Source: Somniosus microcephalus
Lineage: Eukaryota
Assembly: GCA_052327205.1 (NCBI GenBank)
Contig: CM126207.1
Span: 24,490,001-24,554,000, forward strand
Length of the DNA: 64,000 nt
Direction: 5' to 3'
The position numbers were made by a program, and so were the translations under genes. Under the pieces are notes generated by a model that made no database searches, had not been told where the DNA came from, and worked only from the letters and a program-made list of their open reading frames with translations. Below are positions 48,331 through 61,500 of this stretch, one piece after another; within the stretch, counting starts at the first letter, position 1; each line of letters opens with the position of its first letter.

Positions 48331-51300
48331 GATACAAGGAAAATATATATATCACATTTAAATTCTTTTGATTAAAACATCGCACAAAACATTTAATCAA
48401 CACAAAAAGTTGATAAACCACGACTGTGCACAAATTAATTTTGTATCAGTTTAGTGCAAATATCCCCTTATGATATACTTGATGGCTCAAAGATCCATAT
48501 TTCACAAAAATAGTTATCCTTTGGGGATCCCATGAACTGGAAAATAAACGTTTTTTTTACTCAAATGCAAGTAACGATTTATAATTGAAATATGAACTCT
48601 CTTGCTTTCTCTCGCCATTCCTCACACACACACACAAAGACTTAACGAGGGAGTTTAAGGTTTGTCATAAGCAGTTCCCGAAGACTAGTCGTTTTCTCTT
48701 CAGGGTTTTCTGCTATGGGGCCTAGCAAATGGGGATATAACGTGTTGCACAGTAAGGGGACTAGGTTGCTATGCAAGATAAATAAAATGGGGTTAATATA
48801 TTCGTTTCTCCCTCAGAGAAAGCCTAATCTACTATATATTCCAGTAAAGTCGGGACAGCTGTGAAAAGATATTAATAATCCAATCATCTTTTCCTCAGTT
48901 TGCTCTGCTGCACCGCCAGTGACTAAGGCTGTCTGACTTCCTTCACAGCTTATTAAATACGTTAGTTTGCTCTCATGCCTTAATTATGTTTTCCCCGAGA
49001 TCTGGCGCAGAAACCATTGCAGGCCAAAAATAAAAGTAACCATGAAAATAAAATAAAAATAGAGGACAGACATCTTCAGAAAGACGTGGCATCCATTTCT
49101 TACAATAACCAAATTCACGTGAAAGACATGGAGAGCAACCGAAAGTTCCTTCGCTGAGCAGTTGAGGCAGAAGTTGAGCCAACGGAAGAATAATACTAAA
49201 GTCCATAAAAGTTGAGTAATAGTATGGATAGTAACGCTTTTATTTGTTGTAATCTACTTTTGATCAGATTATATTGGCGTGTGATGCATTCGCTAGGAAA
49301 CGATAAAACTAATGACATGGGCTTTTGGGCAATTTTTCAAAGTTTTGGAGTCGCAGATGGTACAAAAAAGTAATTTTATACCCAAGTTTATAAATTGAAT
49401 TCATTACGATGGGTAGTTCTTCACCTTTAATTTTTCATTTACTTGTTGCAGATGTCCACCCAGTTGCTATAGGTAATCCAGGCAGCCGCAGCTCAAAAGC
49501 CTGAATATCCTCGTGGAGACATCAAAGCAGAAAAATCTACAAAGAAGTATTTCTTCGCAACGGTGAATCTTCATGGTGAGTTAGGATTTCTATGGCAATA
49601 GACAAGTCATACTTAAATACTGAAAGCCAAGTCTGGAGCTAGTCCAGTCTTTTCATTAAGGACGGAATGTTTACGTCTTAAGAACCATATGTAAGCAAGT
49701 TTGTGTGTGTATCTATATGTGTGGATATATATATATATATATGTTTTACGCTGTTCAGCTCATTGTTATTTAACTTTAAACCGCAAAGAAAGCCTCACGC
49801 GAAGCATGACTTGTACCAAATTCAAATAAAACGTCAAATATAACCCCCCAACCTCCCCCCAACAAGAAAGCGAGGGCTTGAGTTAGAATGTCAATTAACT
49901 TGTTATTTCCCGTTTCTATCTGATATAGTTAATCAGGGAATGAGTTAAACTTTCTGTAAACTTTTAAAAGGACTAGGAGATTTTTTTCTCCAAAGAACGA
50001 GAGAGAAAATAAAAGACACAAGGACTCTAATCAGACTCGGGCTGTTCAAAGAGCCGGGTTTTAGAATTCCAAAGTGTGAGTTTTATGGTACATCAGCACC
50101 GCACGCTAGGATCGCTATGGTAATGAACGGAGCAATGGCAAACTGCCTTCAAAGGAGGCACACTCGATTCGAGACACTCTATTAAGATACATTTGCGTTG
50201 ACCTTTGGTTTCATGCTAGGTTAGTACAGTCAATCTTCACTTCATCATAATCTTTAATATTTTGGGGTTGGGACGAATTCTCAGGCGGATTAGGGGCGGC
50301 CTGAATCGAGCTGGCTTGGTTCCTCGGAGAGGGAGCCCAGCGGGTTCGATCTGGGACCTGTGAGCAGATAAGTTGGGGATTCGTCTTTTAGTAATTGTCT
50401 TGTTGTTTATTTTATACAAGTACCCAGTGAATGGCGAAAAATAAACACGGTGAAAAATAACCAAACACTCGAGTCCTCTTTAGTGAAAACCCTTGTGGCT
50501 GAATAAAAAGGATGGTACAATCTCTATTCAGGGCAGAAGTCTTTGAAGTGGGAGTTATTATCTAAGGGATTCTTCCTCGTCGTCTTAACGACGCTGATGA
50601 AACGGAAAGCGTTCTTTGTCACCGATTTGTTCTCCTCTCTGTCAAGCGTTTTCTGTCCGTTAGTTCTGAACCGTTTCTAAAGAGATAAAAGATGGAAAGA
50701 CTTGTATTACTACCTTGAGCAGACAGGACAGTGTTAGAACTGTTGCTACATTTTAGATTGAACGACAATTGTGCTGATGCTTCTGGCGTACCTGTTCAAA
50801 TCCATGATCAAACATTAGTGCAGTCCGGAAACTTCAAAATGTATATAACTGTTAGAATAACTATTCTAGAAACAGAGCGATGACCTAAAGGGTTACTATC
50901 TTTGAGTGATGTGAAAAGGGTAATTATTTATGATTTTTCCTGCCATTTAAACATGCATAAAATGAAAACTTCCTGCATTGAAATCGAGCCTTTTATTTTC
51001 TTGCAGCAGTGTAATATCAACGTTGAGAAACATTCTTTAACAAATTTCGGGTTTTGTATTTCAAACTCCTGCACGGTCGCCATTTTGTTCAATGCAATTT
51101 ACTCCAGAATTGTATTAAGCTTTAGTTGCAGTAATCTCTATTACTCCGAGGCATCTTCTCGTTTTAGTTCCTTTCCTTCCTCTCAATTCTATTAGCAAAG
51201 CCGGTTTCTACCATTTTGTCTTTCAGTTCCTTTTTTTAAGTTTTAAATTGGAGACTGAAAAAAACTTTATTGAACAAAGTGTATTAAAAGTAAATCCAAT

Positions 51301-54300
51301 TGGCGCAATAATATGGCTTGCGTTGGATATGAATTAAATTAACTCAGTACACGTCACCGTTTTAGTTTACAACTCATTTACAGAATCATTTTGCACAGAG
51401 CAGTAAAATCAGCACAATAAATTGGGATTTCTTTTCCCTTGCTGTTTACTATCCCTGAACGGATTTAGGGCCGAGTTCTCCTGGGTAAATGCACTCTCCA
51501 CCCCCCCCCCCCCCCCTCCGCTCTACAATCGCTTGTAATGTCTGCATCTTTTGTTTGCTGTTCACTTTTTGATTATGTAGTTTTTTTTTTCCAAGAACAC
51601 GGCAAATCGGCACTATACAAGGAGTGCTGGGCATTAGATTGCGCCTGACACCACTAAAAAGGAATCTGTTAAAAAGCATTCAACCTGAAACAGATTCTTT
51701 CAGCCGTTTTTTTCACAAAACCTTGTTTAACAATATAAGCTAGTTTTAATTAAACTATTCATAGCTCTATCCCTGTCGCCTTTAAAACTGGCCACAATTC
51801 CGTCCTGTTAGTTTCCATGTTAAAGTCCACGCTAGGTTAGGCTTGAAGAAACAATGGGCATCTAACTTTTAATCATGAATTCTTTCGGGAGGGATTATTA
51901 TAGCATCGCGTCGCAAATCAATCGTTTCCAAATTTGTGTAAATTGTCAGTGAAATAAGTTAGCAGCTTACTCTTTTCGTAAATAGCTGGTTCTCGACGTG
52001 ACAGACAAGTTGCAATTTGCAGGAAAGCAATTTTCTAATGAATTCATTACCATGATTACAGAATTTCGTCCAGTATAACCCTCCCCCAAGTCCTGGAAGC
52101 ATTTTCTTATTTTGCATGGACGTTTGGGGGCCTTAAATTGAAACCTGGGTCTCAGACAAATAATTCATTATTGTCAATCAAGTCGGAAGGAATTATTGGC
52201 AGCTGCATTAAGTACATTGTGGTTCTTAATAAAATATCATAATGGATACAGAAAATCACATCGAATTGCTGTCAAAAGTGCGAGATATTTATTTTAATCG
52301 ACAGCCTTACACACTCTTGCTGCATACTGATGACTCTTAAGGTCAGCAAGTTTTTACAATAGTTACTCAGACAGAGTTTGCTGACAGCAAGTCTCTTAAT
52401 GTAGATGTTAAATGACTGGGGGAGACATTTCCTCGTATAACTATAACTGAAACAAAAATTAGGGATTGTATTGCATTATATTATCTTTGTATGAATTGCA
52501 ACACGTAGCTGACAACTTCAAGATGTGATCTCACTCTATTACAATATTGTTTGATTACATCGTTTAACTCAAATTGTTTTGAGTCATGTGGTATCACGTC
52601 GAGTGAGCTGCTTGCCCCAATCAATAAATAGAAAACTAATGGAGCTTTTATATGCATATCTTATAAAAGTGTTGCATGCACAAATTTTCTTTTGGCTGGG
52701 ACCGGTTACACGACAGTGAAATAAATGGCATGTGATGTACTCAGACGCTGGCAAGGCATTCAGCAACACGATTTTGTTAACAGTCGGTTTTATATCAGTC
52801 GAATGGTTTTGTCTTGATGGACATATTTTAAAACATAAGCGTAGCAGCAACGACTAAACACGTAAAACCATTTTAGTTCACCTGAGCTCCCCGTTTAACA
52901 TAAAAATCACAGCCCAGCTCTATAACTCCGTTAAAACACGTCGGAATCTAAAGCTACACGCATGCGCTCTGTTTTACGATATGGTTGATGGTGAAGTGAG
53001 CAAGCAATTTTTCCGGTGACTTAACAATTTTGGTGTCGTCTCTAATTTATGAACCTTTAAGGACCATATGGATTCTTAAGTTATCAAAACGGTGAAAATC
53101 GAAATCTAATCCCACATTCGCTATATGTTCACACACTTGCTTACTTTGAAATTTGTCCAAAATGGTGGCCAGAAAAAATGAAGAGGTGACAACACTTACT
53201 AATTAATCCACACGGTGAAAGGCTATAATGCTTGACTGAGGATATGCAGTTATTACACTTGACTATAGTCAACAAGAGATGGAAAGGCACGTTGGACAAC
53301 ATGGTGAGAGACGTGTGGCCATCATTAGTGGTTCTTTTATTGACACTGGCTTTTCTTTCTCATCATTGACAAACCATTTTGGAGGGATTCATCCCCTGTT
53401 GCTTCCTATCATCCACCCCATCCAAGCTTCTGGAGAGTATTAATTAACGTCCATTCACTGATAAGTCCTGACAACAAAGCAATGCATGTATAAGGACTAG
53501 CACCCCGAAACAATACGGAGACCAGAATACAAAACTATGAAGTGGGCAAAAAGTAATCAACTCATATTTATACCCCGCATCCTGATTTTCTAAGTAATCC
53601 TTTTGGTAGTGCAGGTTTTCGATTTTGCACGTGAATCCAAAAACACGGTGCCTTGTTGCCTCGTTTCTAATGACTACTATGCATAAAACGTGACGTCAGA
53701 ATTTATAAGCTAAACAAAATTTCAGCAACCGATCTGTTAAAGCACAATAACCGCACACTCGGTAACCTTCTGAGCCAATATCCTTACGATAAGCAGACCG
53801 TGCTCTGTCTCCCTCACAGCCCTGCATTTGTACGAATTAGATGAAAGTGATATGTGATCGATAATGAATGAGGCATTCTATAAACAGCGATTTTAATTTC
53901 ACTTTTCCTCCTTAGGTTTCTTAAGCTTTTTTTTTTAGATTTTAACAGCTTCTTGCGGTGTCGTTGTATAACGTTTAGTTTGAGGCGTGGATCCACAATG
54001 TGAACTGTTGAAAAACATCACAGACATATCTGGTACAGATATAAAAAAACACCTCAACTGTGGCTTAGAATGAATTTCCCAGGGAAAGGCCCACCTCTAC
54101 TTAAGGCACCTAATGTTAATAGAGGAAGAGTCTCTTTGGGAATGATAGACATCTATGTCATTTTAGTCAATGCTAGTCTACAGATATCAGATTGCAAGAC
54201 AAGCAAATTATTGGTCCAACATTTCATGTTCGATGCGCTCTAACTCAACTCTGTTTGATCCTGCCACGTTCATTATCTTATTTTTTTTATCTTCCTTTAT

Positions 54301-57300
54301 ATATGGAACAAGATGCGCCTTGCAACTTGGTTAAGAAAAAAGTCGCCACAATATAATTTGAGTAATATTGCTTAATAACTCTTGGTTATAGTCAAACTAA
54401 TAAGAACTAGAAATAACGGAAGATCGCTTCTCACAAACAATATTTGTCCGAAGCAATCACCCCTGGTAGAGATTCTGACGTCTTCAATGTCACCCACATG
54501 ACTTGTTAAGACCGTATAGCTTCGGTAAACCTTTGAAGCTGTGGACCATATGTTGATTTATACAGATCATAATAAACCATGGTAACATCAGATATTATGT
54601 GGTGAATGCGGTACCTAAATACGCGAGCGAAAAGCGCGCTAGCGAGTAAGGACAAAAGAAGGCACTGTTTAACTGACTAGTAAACATTGAACTGAGACTC
54701 CATAGAATCTAAATGATAGTTAAAATTTATTTACTCTCCCAAACAGGCAATAAACATTTCAAAATCTTTTAAATAGTTTTTAATTTTACGGCCATTCCAA
54801 AAACATAATTAAACACTTACATCTGAAGACCGCTTTTCAGTTTTATTTCTATGTAACCGATTTTTATAATAAAGAGGCAAGTCTCAAAGATATCGTGAAA
54901 TTTACTTTTCTTTTCCTACTTCTGGTGGAATCATTCTTAAAAAAACGCACCAATAATAGAATGGGCCTTGACATCTGTAAGTCTGTAATCCTGACATTTT
55001 TAATATTTGAAGGATTACATTTGCAGTGCATTTAACAAAATGTTTAAGCAGCAAAACTCAGTTCTACTCAGTTGATGAAATAATGACATTTTATGTTTTT
55101 AGATATTAAAATAAAAAAGGTACGCTGTTAAGATTGGATAGTTCTCATACAGCTTACATACACTACCACATACACATTACATGCATATTCTATACATACT
55201 GGGATTCCGTGTTACATGATAACAAACATTAAAGCTAATCTTGTTGGTGTTTACCAGCTGTATCAAGTATAGACCCGATTAAAAGTCATATTTACAGCCC
55301 TATTTCTAACAAAACATTGAAACGGACCTTTAAATCATGTTCACCGCGACAGATATTTCAGTGGCGCAATTATGAATCGGCACAGTACAGTTTAAAATAC
55401 CCAACATTTCCAACATTTCCATTTGGCGTGTGAAACACAGGAAGTCGAATGAAAACATAGTAAAAATTCTAATAAATCAACCACAAGTAAGGTCGCGTTC
55501 GCCAAAATGATCTCGACGAATGAACCCAGCGCTGTTTTCTTTTTAACATCTACAAATGTCTTCTGAATTATATTTTCTTTAACTATTGTCAACAAATATT
55601 GTGGAAAAGATGTCTGGATAAACAAATTAGGATAATTGCGGTGGAGTATTTCTTAAAGGTTCATCCAATGCCACTGATAATTTAACACAACATTTTTGTT
55701 GGGTTGTTTAAGAAAAAGAACATTTCTACACTGATATAGATTTTAGAAAATTACTGTTGTTCTGAACAACGACATTTAACGTCTTAGTACAGATAGACCC
55801 AAAATATAGACCTTTAATGTAAAAAAAAGCCCACTGATTACGAATTAGCTGAAATTATCATCGGTTGCATTATGGTGCATGTTTTATAGGTTTTTAATAA
55901 ATAAATATAATAAAATTATGACCGTCAAATGTTTTGCTCTAGATATAATGGTGCAATATAGTTTTTGCAACATGTTAGTTTATAGAAAACTTGGTATGCC
56001 CCACAAATATCAAATGACTTTGAAGTCCTTATTCGGGGTACAGAGACACAACTGCAATTCAGGTAATGCAAGGGTCGGACGATATACATATGGTGATGTT
56101 CATTTTCTAAAGTTGAGATTAATAACGTGTAGTGGTGTTTTCATACGCTCCAGTATTTCTTATCCCTGCATCTGGTGCTGCTCTACATACATCAATCAAG
56201 CGTGCAAACTTCAGCTTTGCAGAAATGACAAATACAGCCAGTCTGGTGTTTATGCAGCATGTCTTAATCACGAGTATATGTCAATATGATTCTTGGTATA
56301 ATATTACTGCTATGTTATATCTTGTGTGTGTATGGGGAAGTGAAAACCCCACATTGCATTTACCGATATTTGCAGGTGTATAGTCTGATGTCTATATCGG
56401 ATGTATGTGACATTACACGTATATATTTTATATTAAGTATTTGGAAACAGTCAAAACCATATTATATATATATAGATATATATAATTGTAAATATACCTG
56501 CTGTAAGGCAATCAATTGGAGTCTAACTCCATTTTAATAAAATTTGAACGAGTTACAATATTTTTCTGGACCCAGAATCATATCTGTTGGGAAATAATTT
56601 TAAATGGTTTAATTGTCGTTTTGCCTTTTCCCTTGCTTGAGTTCTTTGGGCACAGCAATTGCATTCCGAGAGTTTCAAGCTTACACTTTTGCCTCCATCA
56701 TATTGCTGTGAATTTGGATACACCGATTTATGTATTTTTTTAATACAAGTTTATCAGCATAGCATAAGATGATTGGAAAATTGAGTAATACTGAGTCGTG
56801 GATTCAGTGGCTGAGTAGGAAAGTTCAAATTTATATTTCAATACATGCAGTCAAATAGTGAAATACCACATTAGAAAAGAAAAAAAAGCCTGGTTTCTTC
56901 ATTGCATTTTTAATTACGGCTGCGGGTAAGGAGATTATTGTCATCCTGTGTTCATAAAAGAATCAAGCTCCCCTTTAGATTTCTAATTTCTGGAAAATAG
57001 AGGCTGACCTTTCAGAAGCTGTTATAGAAATACAGAGGTTCATTTGAGTGTGAAATATCATTTCATTGAAAAATAATGGAGTCGGTAATCCCACTTCCGG
57101 AAACTGTCCTGAATTATTTAACAAGACTCCTTTAATAGGGGATTAGTAGGAGCCTTAGAAAAAAATCTTTGCGTTCTATTCAATGTCTTATTTTATGTTA
57201 TAATTACTAGATATAAAGATGTACAGATTAGTATGCAGAAATCGTCCTGACAACACGCAGGTGCTATTCTAATCATTCAGCTTTCTTAATTAACGAATCA

Positions 57301-58547
57301 TGTAAGAAAATAGAATAATAAAAACATTTCCGTGAAAGCTGAGGAGGTTTTGTTAGAGACTGTGTGAATGATGCCTTTAACAAGGAGCTGAAGGGTCAGA
57401 CAGCAATGCACTGACTTACGACCTTTTATGTGGAAACAATCTCCTTTAAGTTTTAACTTGCAGCTTGTATATTAAGGAGACTCTACTTTTTAGTAAATTG
57501 TGTCTCTTCTAGATTCAACATAACTTAGTCGTCTCAAGTCCGTCGACAAACGCAAGATAAGTTCTGCTGTCAATGCATTGAAATTAAACAACCCCACTGG
57601 GGTGTGTTGCAAGTCGAGATATCTAAAACTGCAGTCTTCAGTATGCATCGCACCTCTAGCAAAGTTCAGTATAATTGCCGGCAAATGTTAGACATTGCCT
57701 TGACTCATGCTCTCGCTAAAAATATGGACGCCAAACATTCGTATATTAGCCTTCACTATAAAAAAGGGACTGTTAATATTTCCTCTTGACAAGGTTTTGC
57801 ACGTGACGTGAAATTTTGAGGTGGACACTAGGTATATTTTAGTTAGAGTACAGATTATATGTACCTGAGATGAATGGAAAATGGGAGAAATAATTGATCA
57901 CAATGGTTATTTAAACTCATAACATTAACCTTAATAATATATTTATTCCTTTGTATATTTAGTCTGTTTATTTATTTCATTTTATTTTGGTCTTAGTGTG
58001 CAACGATTTTTTTTAATTTAAAAAGAAGAACATTTTGAAGTTTACTTACATTACGTTCAGTCTAGTACTGGTCGTTTTTGGTATTTATTTGCACATATGT
58101 GTATATATATGTGATATTTGGATATATATTATATATCTATGTATGTATAATAGTTTAAATTATAATACAACTTCATTGTGGCACTATTTGAATGATAAAT
58201 AACATTACCTCAAAAATGCCCCTGAGCACGCTGTGATCCCTAAATGGTCACATGACTCACATACACTCAAGAATGAGAGGATCCATATTTTTCCCAATAA
58301 TATTGGGACCAATTACAACGAGCAGTTTACTAACTGAAATAACCAGTCGACACATGAGTATGCAAGTACAGATCCGATTAAGTAGGATTTATATAATCTC
58401 CCTGTTTACTTTTAATTGCTTTTCCCCCCCAAACTTGTCGGGCTCCTGCGACCACTCATGTGTTTTTATATTCCTTTTTTTTCTCCATTTGTGCCACTTA
58501 CCTCGTTCATTCTGACCACTCCCTCCCGTTTCCTTCCTCTTTCTCGC

Positions 58548-58558
<11 letters not shown>

Positions 58559-58587
<29 letters not shown>
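58559..58587. repeat. (CA)n microsatellite
   Basis: Perfect run of about 14 units. Confidence 0.95.
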
Positions 58588-58589
<2 letters not shown>

Positions 58590-61500
58590 GTCAATACTCA
58601 TTTCTAAGATTAGTGCAGCGGGTGTAAATGATAGGTTTCTAAGAAGCGATGCAAAGTACTCCAGCAGTTTTAGAACACAATAAAAGTATTAGGATATCAG
58701 CCGCACTCCAAATGATCACGCGTTAAATTATTTTGCTTTCACGGATGAAGAGGCTTTCTACAATGTAAATCAAGCGCCTTCGTTATTAAGTCTGAACACT
58801 AATCTCTAACAACCTTTACATAATGTGGCAGAATGTGCCACACTATTTCGCACCTGCACTATGAATAGAACCGTCTTTTGAATATAAGACACGCTTGTTG
58901 CCCTTCTGTTCCAAAGCAGTTGTCTGAATAAGTCAAGCGTCCTGAATGCCCATACTTGCTTTTCTGTTCCCCCTTTGATCACAGAAAATTTCTTCTAATT
59001 TGTCCTTTTCTTTGTAACAACGTTTCCAAATCTTTTTTTTTAATCACTTTCCAAAACGCATTTTGTAAAAAGAACATAAATCGGCAGAAAGACAAAAGTC
59101 CTTGGGAAACATTTAAAGTCATTCAGGGTTTTGTAAAGCTGTAGAATACAAGAAAGATTGTTGCATGTTACTTGACTGAAAGTGATGTTTAAATGAACAT
59201 AAGCTTGAATACCAGTGCCGGGCAGTTTGCGGGGAGAACATTTTCACAAATATCAAACATTGTTTGGTCAAAGCTGACCCATCCCTTTGTTTTTAATTAA
59301 TCGGGCTGATTAAAACGGGAGGGTTACAGAAACCCTGGTCTGTGCACACTAAAGATTAAGGGGCTACAGCAGACTTCGCACAACATTATTCGACAATTTG
59401 TTTTTAAATTAAACGTGGGCTTTTCTCCTGGACCCTGAAGGAAAGACGCTAAAATATGAAGCAACATCGCAGCTCACAATCCATTGTTTCCTTAAACTTG
59501 TCAGCACATACCCAGAGCGTTTTCAATACTGCCTGCAATTATATTCTCCCAGTACCATAGTCGGCATCTGACATTTTATTGTACTCTACACACAGGGAAA
59601 TACTAAAGGGGTTGTTACATGTTTGATTTGAACACAGATTATTATCTATTTATTTAAGTACGTTCAATTTCATGCCAATAAATGTACATAAAGGTTTGTT
59701 TTCGAGCGCGGGGGGTGGGCGCTTCTTTTTTGTAACTAGACTAACTAGCAGTTCACCAAGGAAGTTTTTTTCCCGGAAGGTGTGGCTGTGAAAACCACTT
59801 CAGGATCAGCTGCAATGGAGTGCCCTGGAACTAAACAGCAAGGGTAACAGGCTGAGTGACCCGGGGTTGTTCGAGGTCAAACGAAAGACCAACTGGAAGG
59901 CAACAAAAATCATATTCTAAGTTATGAATAGAAAATGTAGAATTATTTACAGGACCAATAATTATGATGCAGAACACATAGAAAAGCCAGGCATTTGTTA
60001 TAAATATTCCCTATTTTAATAACCGGCTGTATGTAGATATGTATAGATGTAATGGAAAGTAAACCAAAGATTTGTGATTAATGCAACACTCACCACTTTT
60101 TGGTTCAATATAAAGAACACATTTAAAATGTTATATTCCAACAAATCTGTGATAGTCTGATTGTCCAGGCAGAATAATATAAATGATCAGAAAGGTGCTA
60201 ACAAGACGCGACCGATTACCCACGTCTATCTTCAAGCGCTGTACACAGGTTGATACATTTGAAGAATAGTCTATAAGTAATTTGCTCTATTTATATGCTT
60301 AGTTTTTGTTTATTTTTTTCCCTTCAGCCCCAATTCTCCTGCAATAATAAATGTATTTCCATCTTTTGGAATTCTACCACCACGACCAGGAAATAAACCT
60401 ACAGAGCAAAAGTCAATATTTGTTTTTTGTGCATCAGGTGTTCAGTTGTCTCTGGAAAGATATCGCAACTTACTTTCTCAGTTCAGTGTGCAACAACCAC
60501 GGGGGTCTAATACAACCCAAATAAGGGCGATTGCAGTGGAAACAACTCACTAAATTAGCGCCACGTCTCGACTTCATTAATATGTAACAGGGCTGTCTGT
60601 TAATCTCCTAAACCTGTGTTCTCCCTCTAAAATGGCACTCTGGGACAAATTGTACATTAGATCAATCACGCCTAATGCAGCAAGGTTTACTGAAGAAAAA
60701 AGCTATTTACACCTTCAAATGGAAGCTTTTCAGATTTAAGAGAAAGGGTCATACATCACCAAGAACAAATGATTATGAATTGGTAAACGTGCCCTCCAGC
60801 GATTAGTTCTTCGACGCTATTTATCATTTTTTTTTGTCTTTTAAAATCATCTGGCAGTCTCGCAGGAAGCATGACGATCAGAGAAGAAACTAACACTGCA
60901 GGAAAGTTTGTTTTATGTACGTCCTATAAGTCACCAAAACCCTCCCGTCAAAAACAAAACGAGTGCCACTCTGTCCCAGGGCAGACAAAAGTGCCCCTCA
61001 GCTTTTCTCTGTTATCTGAACACAATGTTGGTACACAAGAATTTCCATGTCACACTTGTTTGGCAATTAAGAAAAAAAAACTTAGGTCTACGCTTTACAC
61101 AACAAACAAATAACAAATATGGTGTAATAGATAAGTGCGCTGCACCCATTCGATTGTGTTTAATAGACTGGTAACATAAACTGGCATGTCACAATCCAAT
61201 ATCTACTGTAACCACCATTGTTATTTAAATGAATGCTGTTGCACCAGGCAAAATGTCACTGAGATGAGGAAGTATAAAACTTCAAGTAAATTATAAGTCG
61301 AAGATGAGCGGACCAGAATATGAAAGATGGGGGAGGGGGATTGAGGATAGGTGAACTGCAGTAAACGTGTTAAAACGATTACATTCAAATGGCCAACCTA
61401 TGATGTCGAGAAACACAGGGAGAAAGGGTGCTTTGTAATACAACCCAGACTGCAGCGCAGTCCAAAAGGTCTGTTCAGCAACAAGTTTCATGCAAATCCT

